Source of the DNA: a virus
Lineage: Duplodnaviria; Caudoviricetes
DNA length: 64,000 nt
Strand: one strand, 5' to 3'
IMG/VR virus record: IMGVR_UViG_2903468256_000002
Location: 16,676 to 80,675 of that record
This document shows, piece by piece, positions 8,299 through 18,049 of the stretch. Numbering within the stretch: the stretch's first letter is position 1; the number at the start of each line of letters is the position of its first letter. A program made the translations under genes and the position numbers. The notes beneath the pieces were generated by a model. That model had not been told where the DNA came from, did not search any database, and saw only the letters and a list, made by a program, of their open reading frames with translations.

Positions 8299-8862
8299 AT
8301 GAAAACAAAGGATGAAATTTCCGCCAGGAGGAAGGCCTATCGTGAACGTACTCGCGAAAGGGCAGCTGCCTATACGAAGGTGTATCGGGACAGGCACAAA
8401 GAGAGAGTTAACGATCAACGAAGAGATCACTACGCCAACAATAAGTCCTCTATTCGTGAGAAAGGCAGAGAGCGACAACGTTCGAGGTCCATCAAGCAGA
8501 GGTTTCTTGATGGAGTCAAAGCCCTCATCTACCAACAAAATCGCAGGCAAACGGACCCAAATTTCAAGATCGCCCACCGGTTACGCGTCCGCATCAATAG
8601 AGTGTTAGGTGATCAGTACACAAACGGCTCTGCGGTTTCGGATTTAGGTTGTTCAATTCCGGAGTTCAAAGCCTACATTGAAAGCAAGTTCCTCCCAGGC
8701 ATGTCATGGGAGAACTGGGCGTTCGACACCTGGCACCTTGATCACATCAAGCCCTTGGCGTCGTTCGATCTAACCGATCAGGCGCAGTTCCTACAGGCGT
8801 GCCACTACACAAACATGCAGCCCCTGTGGGCGTTGGACAACATGAAGAAGGGCGCCCGTTGA
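8299..8862 (+). CDS. HNH homing endonuclease
   Basis: WHLDHIKPLASFDL...CHYTNMQPLWALDNMKKG; basic N-terminus; lower GC than flanks. Confidence 0.85.
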   Translation: MKTKDEISARRKAYRERTRERAAAYTKVYRDRHKERVNDQRRDHYANNKSSIREKGRERQRSRSIKQRFLDGVKALIYQQNRRQTDPNFKIAHRLRVRINRVLGDQYTNGSAVSDLGCSIPEFKAYIESKFLPGMSWENWAFDTWHLDHIKPLASFDLTDQAQFLQACHYTNMQPLWALDNMKKGAR

Positions 8863-10601
8863 GCCTGTACGCCGATTTCCTCACCCGGCTCCAACAAAAA
8901 TTCCCCGAGGACGGGGCAGAGATGTCTATGTCGGACTTCATCTGCGCGAACACCAGCCTCCGGAAGAAGCAGTTCTCGTTCAAGGGTTATGAGTTCCAGC
9001 GTCAGATAGTGGACGACCTACACCTCAACCTGTCGGTCATCAAGTGTTCGCAGGTGGGTCTGACCGAGGTCCAGATCCGAAAGTTCCTCAGCTTCCTCAA
9101 GCGCACCAACGGCATCAACGGCATCTTCTCTCTGCCGAACGATGACATGTACAAGCGCGTCTCAAAAACGCGCATCAAGCCGCTCGTCGATGACGAGCTT
9201 GTGTTCAACCAACACGATGCGTCGAAGAAACCAGCCCGGTCGATGGACCTATACCAGATCGATGACAGCTTCGGTTTCATCACCGGCGGCAAGGAAGGTG
9301 ACGCCACCTCGATCAACGCTGACATCATGTTCAACGACGAGGTCGATTTAACCGACCAGGAGATCCTTGCGCTCTACGGCTCCCGCTTGCAGGGCTCCGA
9401 CATCAAGATGCGTCAGGGCTTCTCGACTCCGACCTTTGAGGGCTACGGCATCGACAGCATGTACAAGGCGTCGGACCAGCACGAATTCCTGTGCCGGTGC
9501 GGCTGCGGCCACTGGAACCTGCCGGTCTTCAGCCCGCGTTTCGTCAGGATCCCTGGTCTCTCTGCGGATCTGAACGATCTCTCCGAAATCGACAACGATA
9601 TGGCCGCGAAGTTCGATTTCGATGACGCGTACATGATGTGCGAGCACTGTGGCCGGCGCCTCGATCTCGGTGACCCCGATCGGCGCGAGTGGGTGCCTCG
9701 ACACCCCGGCCGGCTCGGCCGCGGCTACTGGGTTCGACCCTTCGCCACACCCCGCCTGAGCGTCCGATACATCGTCGAGCAGCTGCTCGACTACAAGCGC
9801 AAGAACTCAATCCGCCGCTGGTACAACACTGTGCTCGGCGAACCCTACAACGACGCGAATGCCCGCCTCTCCATCCCGGAGATCGAGGCCGTCATGAAAG
9901 GCGAGGGAGCCGTAGATGTACCCGATGGATCTCCAGTGGCTGTGGGTGTGGACGTCGGTCAGACCTGTCATGTTGTCGTGGCTCATCTGGGACTATCGGT
10001 ACCGGTTGTTTTTGAATGGCTGCAAGTTCCCTCCGACCAACTGAAAGAGAAGCTGGCCGAGCTGCGCACGCGATACCACGTCGTCGCCGGGGGCATGGAT
10101 CTTAACCCCTACGCCCCGCTCGCCAGGGAGATCCGAGACGACTCCAAGGGCATCATCATGCCCATTGAATATTCGACGAGCCTCAAGGCGGCGGCAGTGA
10201 CCCTCGTCAAGGACGAGATGGACAACATCACCCATGCTTCGTCTAACCGCACCGGCATCATCGACAAGATCGTAGGTGAGATCCGCGCCCGCCGCCTGGC
10301 GTTCGCCGGGTATGGCAACAAGAAGCTGATCATCCAGACGCACCTTCAAGACATGGTGCGCGTCGAGCTGCCCGAACAGCCCGCGAAATGGGTCAAGCTG
10401 ACCGGCGACGACCACTTCTTCCACGCGCTCGGCTATCTTCTGCACTCGCTGCGGGTCCACGACTATATCGCCAGCCAGGACGAACAAGAGGAACGCCAAA
10501 TGGCTATGCTCTTCGGTTTGAGCCCAACTGTGCAGCAGAATGAGGCATCACTTAATTACAGAACAAGGATCAAGACCCCATCTGTCCTGGGACTTGCATA
10601 A
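8859..10601 (+). CDS. Terminase large subunit, lambda GpA-like
   Basis: KCSQVGLTE, FNDEVD, STPT, Cys cluster CRCGCG...CEHCG, YNTVLGEPY, nuclease GVDVG; TTG start overlaps the HNH stop. Confidence 0.9.
   Translation: MSLYADFLTRLQQKFPEDGAEMSMSDFICANTSLRKKQFSFKGYEFQRQIVDDLHLNLSVIKCSQVGLTEVQIRKFLSFLKRTNGINGIFSLPNDDMYKRVSKTRIKPLVDDELVFNQHDASKKPARSMDLYQIDDSFGFITGGKEGDATSINADIMFNDEVDLTDQEILALYGSRLQGSDIKMRQGFSTPTFEGYGIDSMYKASDQHEFLCRCGCGHWNLPVFSPRFVRIPGLSADLNDLSEIDNDMAAKFDFDDAYMMCEHCGRRLDLGDPDRREWVPRHPGRLGRGYWVRPFATPRLSVRYIVEQLLDYKRKNSIRRWYNTVLGEPYNDANARLSIPEIEAVMKGEGAVDVPDGSPVAVGVDVGQTCHVVVAHLGLSVPVVFEWLQVPSDQLKEKLAELRTRYHVVAGGMDLNPYAPLAREIRDDSKGIIMPIEYSTSLKAAAVTLVKDEMDNITHASSNRTGIIDKIVGEIRARRLAFAGYGNKKLIIQTHLQDMVRVELPEQPAKWVKLTGDDHFFHALGYLLHSLRVHDYIASQDEQEERQMAMLFGLSPTVQQNEASLNYRTRIKTPSVLGLA
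10528..10537 (-). promoter_or_regulatory. Motif B site (TGCTGCACAG) upstream of portal
   Basis: CTGTGCAGCA on the + strand in the 3-prime end of TerL, ~75 nt before the portal start. Confidence 0.45.
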
Positions 10602-10610
10602 GGACACGCT

Positions 10611-12056
10611 GTGGCGGCTTTTGATTTTCTCAGCGCAATCATCCCTGCGAAAAAGAAGGCCAAAGTTGGTGGCACCGCTTCCACGCCTACTTTCAACCCG
10701 CAGCAGGTAGACCGCGTCCTCACGGTCCCGCAGTACCGGGATCACCTGACGGATCTGTTCACCTCCAGGCAGTCGGATGATAGCCGGACCCTTCTGCAAT
10801 CCCTGTTCAAGTTCGATCCGGACGTCTCGGCCGCGCTGAACGCCTATCTCACGATGGCGAACACCGACTGGATCATGCTTGCGCGCGATCTTGAGGGCAA
10901 CATCGACCGGGATGCGACCAAGAGCCTGATGCTGGCGATCGAGAAGATCGGCCGGCCCACCGATTACACGCTCGGCTTCCAGCTGAAGAAGAGCATGCGC
11001 TCGATCGCCGAGGAGCTGCGCTACATGTGCCTGCTCCGCGGCGGCATCGCCGCCGAGCTGATCGTCGACAAGCAGATGCTGCCCGACCGCATTCGCAACG
11101 TCGATCTGGCCACCATCCAGTGGTACGAAAAGAAGGCGGGCGATTACAAGCCGATCCAGAAGATCACGGGCTCGAACGACGAGATCAACCTCGACATCCC
11201 CACCTTCTTCGTATCACACTACCGCAAGGACCCGACCTCGATCTACGGCACCTCGACGTTCGTGTCGTCGATCAACACGATCGCTGCCCGTCAGCAGGTG
11301 ATCAACGACCTCTACCGCATCATGCGCCTCACGGGCTTCCCCCGGATGGCTGTCGAGGTGGTCGAGGAAGTCCTGACCAAGAACGCACCCGAGAGCATCC
11401 GCTCGGACGACGTCAAGCTGCGTGAGTGGAAGGCCAATCGGCTGGGCGAAATTCGTTCGGTGATCGAGGGGCTCCGCTCCGATCAGCCGCTGATCCACTT
11501 CGACAGCGTGCAGCCGTCGATCATGAACGATACCAAGCCTGGCGCCGGCGTCGACATCACGGCGGTGATCGAGACGCTCAACGCCCAGAACCAGGCTGCG
11601 TTGAAGACCATGGCGACCGTCATCGGCCGCGGTGCCTCGGGCGTCAACACGGGCTCCGTCGAGGCGCGCATCGCTGCCATGAACGCCGACGAGCTCAACG
11701 AGCCGATCGCCGAGCTCCTGCAGAACATTTTCTCCTTCATCCTGCATCAGACCGGCTTTCAGGGCTTCGTCGAAGTGCAGTTCCGCAAGGCCGAGCTGCG
11801 TCCCGATACGGAACTCGAGCCGCAGCTCATGCTCAAATCCAGCCGTCTGCGCCAGGATCTGTCGGACGGTCTCATCACCGACGACGAATATCACCTGTGG
11901 ATGTACGGACGACTCCGGCCCGACACCTCCCCCGAGGTAAGCGGCACCGGCTTCATGACCCCTGTCAAAACCAAGGCCGAGGAGGTCAGCCCCAACTCCG
12001 ACCCCCTCGGCCGCTCCCTCGCGCCAGAGGGCGGCAAAGCGGCGAGGAGCAACTAG
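10611..12056 (+). CDS. Portal protein
   Basis: 481 aa directly after TerL, mostly helical, size and synteny. Confidence 0.8.
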   Translation: MAAFDFLSAIIPAKKKAKVGGTASTPTFNPQQVDRVLTVPQYRDHLTDLFTSRQSDDSRTLLQSLFKFDPDVSAALNAYLTMANTDWIMLARDLEGNIDRDATKSLMLAIEKIGRPTDYTLGFQLKKSMRSIAEELRYMCLLRGGIAAELIVDKQMLPDRIRNVDLATIQWYEKKAGDYKPIQKITGSNDEINLDIPTFFVSHYRKDPTSIYGTSTFVSSINTIAARQQVINDLYRIMRLTGFPRMAVEVVEEVLTKNAPESIRSDDVKLREWKANRLGEIRSVIEGLRSDQPLIHFDSVQPSIMNDTKPGAGVDITAVIETLNAQNQAALKTMATVIGRGASGVNTGSVEARIAAMNADELNEPIAELLQNIFSFILHQTGFQGFVEVQFRKAELRPDTELEPQLMLKSSRLRQDLSDGLITDDEYHLWMYGRLRPDTSPEVSGTGFMTPVKTKAEEVSPNSDPLGRSLAPEGGKAARSN

Positions 12057-12058
12057 CC

Positions 12059-12403
12059 ATGGCCCAGAACTTCCGCGGCAAGATCATTGAGGCCGGCTAT
12101 CCCTGGAGCATCCGGATCCAATTCACCAACTCGATAAATTTCCCAGTTGAGGCCACCTTCACCTCGCAGGTGCGTGAGAAACCAGAGTCGGCCCTGCCGA
12201 TCATCGAGTTGACCACTGCCAACGGTGGCGTCGTCCGGCTTGATAGCGTGACGCTGGAGATACACATCCCGGAGACAAGCCCAGGTATCTGGCCGGTCGG
12301 GAAGACCGTCGTGCTCGACGTCATACGCACCGATGGCACGCAGAACGAACATCTCGGGATCCTTCTGCAGGTCCCAGTCCGAAATCCCGTGACTAGGCTG
12401 TAA
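12059..12403 (+). CDS. Small beta-rich virion adaptor protein (BppU N-domain-like)
   Basis: Start MAQNFR just after the portal stop; FTSQVREKPES...IELTTANGGV pattern typical of fibre-anchoring proteins. Confidence 0.55.
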   Translation: MAQNFRGKIIEAGYPWSIRIQFTNSINFPVEATFTSQVREKPESALPIIELTTANGGVVRLDSVTLEIHIPETSPGIWPVGKTVVLDVIRTDGTQNEHLGILLQVPVRNPVTRL

Positions 12404-12404
12404 C

Positions 12405-14654
12405 ATGGTAGACATGATCACAATCGAAGACGCAAGTGACGAATTGCTCCTCTTCGGCGGTCAACTTGGTGACAACATCCTCAAGATTGAGGCTATTGGC
12501 CCCAAGGGCGACGATGGCGACAAGGGCGACAAGGGCGACACCGGTAAGCAGTTGATATATGTAACTGGAGCCCCGGCGACCAACGTTGGTAATGTCGGCG
12601 ACTTTGCCATCAGAAACACCGGGGATGTCTACGAAAAAACGGCGGCAAATGTCTGGACGCTGCGCTTCAATATAAAGGGTCCGCAGGGCGACCAAGGCAT
12701 CCCTGGCCCTGGGGACATGAACGCAGCTGAATACGACAGCAACAACGACGGCAAGGTCAACGCGGCGGATGTCGCTGATAGCGCGCCGTGGGACGGTATC
12801 ACGGACAAGCCGGCAGCGTTCCCGCCGGAGACCCACATCCACGCTGACGCGACCGAGACCGACCCCGGCTTCATGTCGGCCGCCGACAAGACAAAGCTCG
12901 ACGGCGTCAGTGCTGGCGCCACGGCAAACGCGACCGATGCCGAGCTGCGCGACCGCTCGACGCACACGGGCACCCAGAGCGCGGATACCCTGACCGATGG
13001 CGCCACCAACAAGGCATTCTTGGCCGCCGAGCGCACGAAGCTGGCAGGTATCGCCGCCGGTGCAACGGCCAATCAGACCGACGCCTATCTGCTTTCGCGC
13101 GCCAATCATACGGGAACGCAGGGGCAGAACACCGTAACCAATCTCACGACCGATCTCGCCGCCAGGCAGCTGACCTCCGAAAAGGGCCAGGCCGGCGGTT
13201 ATGCCGGTCTCGACGGCACCGGCAAGGTTCCGGCCGCGCAGATGCCGTCCTATGTCGACGATGTGCTTGAATACGCAAACCTTGCTGCCTTCCCTGGCAC
13301 TGGCGAAGCGGCCAAGATCTATGTGGCGCTCGACACCAATAAGACCCATCGCTGGTCGGGATCGGCCTATGTCGAGATCTCCGCATCGCCCGGTTCCACG
13401 GACGCGGTGACGGAAGGCGCTACCAATCTGTATTTCACGGCGGCCCGTGTTCGCTCTACGCTGCTGACCAGCCTCTCGCTGCTGACGAGCACCGCGGTCA
13501 TCGCCACCGACACGGTGCTCGATGCGATTGGCAAGCTTCAGGCTCAGATCACCGGCCTGGTGGCCTCTGCTATTGGCTTCACGCCGGCAAATGGAATTGG
13601 TTCGACCAATGTGCAGGCCGCCATCGCCGAGATCGCACGCAATAACCGCAACTATCTGATCAACAGCAACGGTGCGATCAACCAGCGCGGTGTTATATCG
13701 GCGAACGATGATACCTACGCCTGGGACCGGCATTACGTTCTGACCCAAACGGGAGCGGTTGGAACTGGCTTTATAGTCGATCCGACCCCTGGCGTTCTGT
13801 GCATGATGCGCCAAACACAAGCACAGGTAGCCGCGCAACGCATGGGCATTGCCCAGATTGTCGAAAGCATCAATTGCCGAGATCTGCAAAGCAGCGTCGT
13901 CACGCTGCTGGGCAAGCTGCGTTGTTCCTCGTCGCAGGCAATTCGATATGCGGTCCTTGAATGGACCGGAGCTCGTGACGTTGTGACCTCCGATGTCGTG
14001 AATTCCTGGACAAACGGCACCTTCACCGCCGGTCAGTTCTTCACCTCGACCACGCTCAACGTGCTTGCAGTTGGCTCGACTACGCCTACCGTGGCGACCG
14101 TTACGGACTTCGCTCTTCAGGCGACTGTTGGAGCGTCCGCCAACAACCTGATCGTGATGATCTGGACCGAAGGCACGGCAGCGCAGGGCGTAACGCTCGA
14201 CGTAGCCTGGGAGCTGGTCGACGGCACTCGGGATGCTTCTGCCTATCCGCTTGATCAGCGAACCATCCAAGACGAAGTAACGCTCTGTCAGCGTTACTAT
14301 TGCAAAAGTTTTCCCCTTAATACAGCTCCAGTCGAAGGAGTTGCCTCATCGTGGATCGCAGGATTTGCGTGGTCAGCAGCAGCCATCGGGACGCAGACAA
14401 TTAGTTTTCCTGTATCGATGATCGGCATTCCGACAATAACCTTTTTTAAGCCAGCTCAGATCACCGGAACAAACAGCAAGTGGCAATGGTTCGATAGCGG
14501 ACTGGGCAGCTACCAAGACAGTTCCGCGACGATTGTTTCCAGTGGCGCAATACAAAGTAACGCCAGCTTTTCTGCCAACCTTACGGTGGCGGGTGCGACG
14601 GCGAAAGGCGGCTACATTGTGCAAGGCAATTGGACTGCGGAGGCCGAACTGTGA
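12405..14654 (+). CDS. Long fibre protein with collagen-like segments
   Basis: GPKGDDGDKGDKGDTG and GPQGDQGIPGPG triplets; GATAN.TDA.L..R..HTGTQ repeat twice; TDAVTEGATNLYFT; C-terminal RNYLINSNGAINQRG and LCQRYY fibre motifs. Confidence 0.8.
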   Translation: MVDMITIEDASDELLLFGGQLGDNILKIEAIGPKGDDGDKGDKGDTGKQLIYVTGAPATNVGNVGDFAIRNTGDVYEKTAANVWTLRFNIKGPQGDQGIPGPGDMNAAEYDSNNDGKVNAADVADSAPWDGITDKPAAFPPETHIHADATETDPGFMSAADKTKLDGVSAGATANATDAELRDRSTHTGTQSADTLTDGATNKAFLAAERTKLAGIAAGATANQTDAYLLSRANHTGTQGQNTVTNLTTDLAARQLTSEKGQAGGYAGLDGTGKVPAAQMPSYVDDVLEYANLAAFPGTGEAAKIYVALDTNKTHRWSGSAYVEISASPGSTDAVTEGATNLYFTAARVRSTLLTSLSLLTSTAVIATDTVLDAIGKLQAQITGLVASAIGFTPANGIGSTNVQAAIAEIARNNRNYLINSNGAINQRGVISANDDTYAWDRHYVLTQTGAVGTGFIVDPTPGVLCMMRQTQAQVAAQRMGIAQIVESINCRDLQSSVVTLLGKLRCSSSQAIRYAVLEWTGARDVVTSDVVNSWTNGTFTAGQFFTSTTLNVLAVGSTTPTVATVTDFALQATVGASANNLIVMIWTEGTAAQGVTLDVAWELVDGTRDASAYPLDQRTIQDEVTLCQRYYCKSFPLNTAPVEGVASSWIAGFAWSAAAIGTQTISFPVSMIGIPTITFFKPAQITGTNSKWQWFDSGLGSYQDSSATIVSSGAIQSNASFSANLTVAGATAKGGYIVQGNWTAEAEL

Positions 14655-15079
14655 TTATCACGTCAGCAAAATATGTGGGTAGCGCGATGATCGTTGCCGT
14701 TATCGACGGTCAGGAGAAGAACGTTCCCGACGATCTTAGAAACATGCATCGTCAAGCAATCGAAGCCTGGGTCGCGGCTGGCGGCGAGATCGCGCCCTAT
14801 GTGGCGCCACCGCCGTCGATGGATGACTATTCGATCGCGATACAGCTTCATCTCGACGCTACGGCGGCAACCCGCCAATATGACAGCATTCAGACGGCTG
14901 TCACCTATCGCGGTGACAGCAACCCGGTCTTTGCTGCCGAAGCTGACGCGCTGTTCGCCTGGCGGTCCAGCGTCTGGACATATGCAACTGAGGAACTCGC
15001 CAGGGTCATGGCCGGCGAGCGGACACAGCCTACAGTGGTGGCGTTCATCGCCGAGCTTCCCGAGATGGTTTGGCCCTGA
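14651..15079 (+). CDS. Fibre assembly chaperone-like protein
   Basis: GTGA overlap with the fibre; IQLHLDATAATRQYDSIQTAVTY...FAAEADALFAWRSSVWTY pattern seen after phage fibres. Confidence 0.65.
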   Translation: MIITSAKYVGSAMIVAVIDGQEKNVPDDLRNMHRQAIEAWVAAGGEIAPYVAPPPSMDDYSIAIQLHLDATAATRQYDSIQTAVTYRGDSNPVFAAEADALFAWRSSVWTYATEELARVMAGERTQPTVVAFIAELPEMVWP

Positions 15080-15085
15080 TCATCA

Positions 15086-15108
15086 CTGTGCATCATACTG
15101 CTGCACAG
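15086..15108. promoter_or_regulatory. Motif B inverted pair upstream of the head operon
   Basis: CTGTGCATCA-TAC-TGCTGCACAG: two half-sites in inverted orientation. Confidence 0.55.
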
Positions 15109-15166
15109 CAGGTTTGCGCCCTGACCAACAAATCACGACATGCCCCCCAGCAACGTAGGGCATATT

Positions 15167-16291
15167 GTGAAACAAATTTCGAAGACACCGGAGATCATCG
15201 CTCGCCTGAGACAGGCGATCGGGTCATCCGCGTCGGTCGAGAACCTTGCCGTCTTCGAAGCCATTGCCCTCAACAATCTCCCGCTGCGTAAGCGTCACCC
15301 GCTCTACAACGGTGCGGTCGCGCAACGCTCACTTCTCCTGGAAATGGCCCTGGCGCTCGAAGCTGAGAGCCGGCCTGTCCAGATCATGCACGAAGGCAGT
15401 CTGCTGCCGATCGGCCGCGTCTTTCATGGCCGGGTGATCGACGGTGTCGACACCGAGCTCCGCGTCCTTTTCTGGATCGACAAGGAGCACGAGGACAAGA
15501 TCCGTCAGATCGACAACGGGACCATCGATCAAGTCTCGGTCGGGATCATGCCGAAGCAGATGATCTGCTCGGCAGACGGTTTCGATTTCCTCGGCCCCGA
15601 AGCCGGCCTTGAACACCTATTCACCGGCACTACGCCCGATGGCAACACGGTCGGTGAGAACGGCGTCTACTGCAAGATGGTGGGACTCGAAGCATTCTTC
15701 GAGATCTCCCTCGTCGGACAAGGCGGCGCCCAAAACGCGCGCATCGTGAACAACGATCAAAGTCATTTCTCGCCTCACATCAAGGCACTGGCTGCGAACG
15801 TCACGCTCGATCGTCTCGCACTCACCGCAACTGCAACCACCAGGGAAAAGCCCATCATGGACGTCAAGGAACTCCTCGCCGAACTGCGCTCCACCGAGAA
15901 GGAGAGCATGAAGGTCACCATCGAAAACGAGGCGCTGAAGGCGACGAACCTCACCCTCACCAGCGAGCGCGATGCTCTCAAGACCCAGCTCGCCGCCGCC
16001 AGCCAGACCGAGCCGGCGGTCAAGACCGAACTGGACGAGCTGAAGACCAAGCATACGGCCACGGAAGCCAGCCTCACGGCGGCCGACACGGCTCTCCGCG
16101 ACATCTGCAAGAAGGTCCTGACGGCATCCGGCCAGGTCGCCGCTGAAGTCCCGGAGAAGCTCGAAGACGTCGTCGCCAAGATCGCCGAAACCAAGATCAA
16201 CCTGGTCGCCGGTGGGACTTCCCAGGGCGCCGAGAGTGATCTCGCAGCCTCGGTGGCGCCAGCGGTCACTTCCTTCCGCACCCGCCGCTAA
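15167..16291 (+). CDS. Prohead protease / scaffold fusion
   Basis: N-terminal domain with H...LPIGRV, VSVG and FEISLVGQGG protease-like motifs; C-terminal coiled coil; precedes capsid. Confidence 0.75.
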   Translation: MKQISKTPEIIARLRQAIGSSASVENLAVFEAIALNNLPLRKRHPLYNGAVAQRSLLLEMALALEAESRPVQIMHEGSLLPIGRVFHGRVIDGVDTELRVLFWIDKEHEDKIRQIDNGTIDQVSVGIMPKQMICSADGFDFLGPEAGLEHLFTGTTPDGNTVGENGVYCKMVGLEAFFEISLVGQGGAQNARIVNNDQSHFSPHIKALAANVTLDRLALTATATTREKPIMDVKELLAELRSTEKESMKVTIENEALKATNLTLTSERDALKTQLAAASQTEPAVKTELDELKTKHTATEASLTAADTALRDICKKVLTASGQVAAEVPEKLEDVVAKIAETKINLVAGGTSQGAESDLAASVAPAVTSFRTRR

Positions 16292-16321
16292 ACCGCAACA
16301 GGAACACAGGGAAACACATCC

Positions 16322-16759
16322 ATGCCCACCTATTCTCACCAGAACGTCACGCTGCGCGGGTTCCACTGGGAAACCTCGTCGCTCACCGGCAACCTCGCCA
16401 CTGGTATCACCGCAAACGACGTCGGCAAGGCCGTCTCGGTGGACCCCTCCGGCGCGAACAAGTTCAAGCTGTCGGGCGATGGCGACGTCATCGTCGGCCG
16501 TCTCGCTTCGGTCGAGGACCGCAGCGTCGAAGGCTCGCTGATCGGCGCGATCGAGTTCCAGTTCGCCAACATGCTTCCGATCAAGGCTGGCCTCGCGGCC
16601 GGTGAGATCGTGGCTATCGGGTCCACGGTCATTGGCGCCGGGAACGGTGAAGTCAAGGCCCTTACGACCGGCAGCGGTCCCACCGTCGCCGCCCCGAACC
16701 ACAACATCAACTTCGTCGCTGAAATCATCGGCACGAACGCGGTGGTCGTGAAGATCTAA
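16322..16759 (+). CDS. Head decoration protein
   Basis: 145 aa Gly/Ala/Val-rich beta protein between scaffold and capsid. Confidence 0.65.
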   Translation: MPTYSHQNVTLRGFHWETSSLTGNLATGITANDVGKAVSVDPSGANKFKLSGDGDVIVGRLASVEDRSVEGSLIGAIEFQFANMLPIKAGLAAGEIVAIGSTVIGAGNGEVKALTTGSGPTVAAPNHNINFVAEIIGTNAVVVKI

Positions 16760-16791
16760 TCGAACCCCGAACGAAACGAGGAATACCGACA

Positions 16792-17991
16792 ATGCAATAC
16801 AAGCCTCTCTCTCAGGTCAAGCGTCGGGGTGTCGAAGCTCTCGCCGCCCTGCGCTCCGAAGACGCCCAGGCGTCGAAGGGTGCCGGCCAGAAGATCCTTG
16901 CCGAAGCCAAGTCCTTTGGCCTCGGCATGCGCGACTACCTCAACCTCGCGATCGACGTGCGCGGTTCCGAGGAAGCTGACAAGCGCTACCGCGACGACCG
17001 CGGATATCTCTCGGGCTACGAGGCCTCGCTGGCCTTCCTGAACCTGCCGATCCAGAACGACTTCGAGCGCGGCATCGTGCTGGAAGCTGCGTCGGACACG
17101 TTCCAGACGTTCCCCGGCGTCCGCGCCATCTTCCCGGAAGTCGTCGATGACGTCGTCCGCTGGAAGTTCCGCCAGGACAACCTGGAGACGACCTCGGCAC
17201 TCGTTGGTTCGAGCCGTACCATGTCGGGCGTCGAGCTGATCTCGACGGTCGTGGATGACAAAGCTGACGACTACCAGGTCGTGTCGGCCGTGGCCGAGCT
17301 CGGTCGCTTCCCGGTCAAGACGATCCGTCTGTCCGAGCAGTCGGTCAAGTTCTACAAGCACGGCGGTGGCTACCGCTTCTCGTACGAGTTCGACCGTCGC
17401 GCCAGCATCGAGACGCTGGTGCCCTACGTCAACCGTATGGACCGTGAGAAGGAAATGTCGAAGGTCCGCGCGGCCACGCACATCCTGATCAACGGTGACG
17501 GCGTGAACCCGGCCGCTCCGGTCGTTGGCCAGAAGGACTTCGTGTCCACCGCCACCGACAAGAAGCTGAACTACGAAGCGCTGCTTCGCTGGTTCGTGGC
17601 CCGTGCCCAGGCTGGTATCCCGATCGACACCGTTGTCGGCAACTGGGACACCTACATCGACTGGCTGCTCCTGTTCGCCATCCCGGTGTCGAACAACAGC
17701 CGCACCGATGCGGAGAACCTGGCGGCTTCGGGCTATCAGATCGGCGGCGTGCCGATCCTGAAGGGCACCGTGAACTTCGCCCTGTCGTCCGCTGCCCCGG
17801 CCAAGCAGCTTGTCGGTATGTCGCGCGGCGACACGCTGGAAGAGCTGAACGAGGGCGGTTCGCAGATCGAGGAGACCGAGCGCGCGATCACCAACCAGTC
17901 GATTACGTTCACGAAGTCCGAGAACACCGGATACAAGCTGGCCTTCAGCGACACCCGGTCGATCTACGACTACGACAGCACGGACGACTAA
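16792..17991 (+). CDS. Major capsid protein
   Basis: 399 aa, very strong codon bias, AELG.FP...I..S...VKFYKHGGG pattern (HK97-fold P-domain-like), followed by a strong hairpin. Confidence 0.85.
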   Translation: MQYKPLSQVKRRGVEALAALRSEDAQASKGAGQKILAEAKSFGLGMRDYLNLAIDVRGSEEADKRYRDDRGYLSGYEASLAFLNLPIQNDFERGIVLEAASDTFQTFPGVRAIFPEVVDDVVRWKFRQDNLETTSALVGSSRTMSGVELISTVVDDKADDYQVVSAVAELGRFPVKTIRLSEQSVKFYKHGGGYRFSYEFDRRASIETLVPYVNRMDREKEMSKVRAATHILINGDGVNPAAPVVGQKDFVSTATDKKLNYEALLRWFVARAQAGIPIDTVVGNWDTYIDWLLLFAIPVSNNSRTDAENLAASGYQIGGVPILKGTVNFALSSAAPAKQLVGMSRGDTLEELNEGGSQIEETERAITNQSITFTKSENTGYKLAFSDTRSIYDYDSTDD

Positions 17992-17999
17992 GAGCCCCG

Positions 18000-18030
18000 A
18001 AGGCCTGTCACCGGACGGTGACAGGCCTTT
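18000..18030 (+). terminator. Terminator after capsid gene
   Basis: 13-bp perfect stem AAGGCCTGTCACC-GGAC-GGTGACAGGCCTT. Confidence 0.75.
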
Positions 18031-18049
18031 CCCGCGTTGAGGAAACACC

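Noticed and set aside
9730-9741. GGTTCGACCC resembling a tRNA T-loop
   Set aside because: Inside the terminase CDS, with no acceptor, D or anticodon arms around it. No tRNA was found in the window.
12500-13120. Short tandem DNA repeats (GGCGACAAG, GCGACCGA) that could suggest a CRISPR or VNTR array
   Set aside because: Explained by collagen Gly-X-Y and fibre protein repeats; no constant repeat-spacer periodicity.
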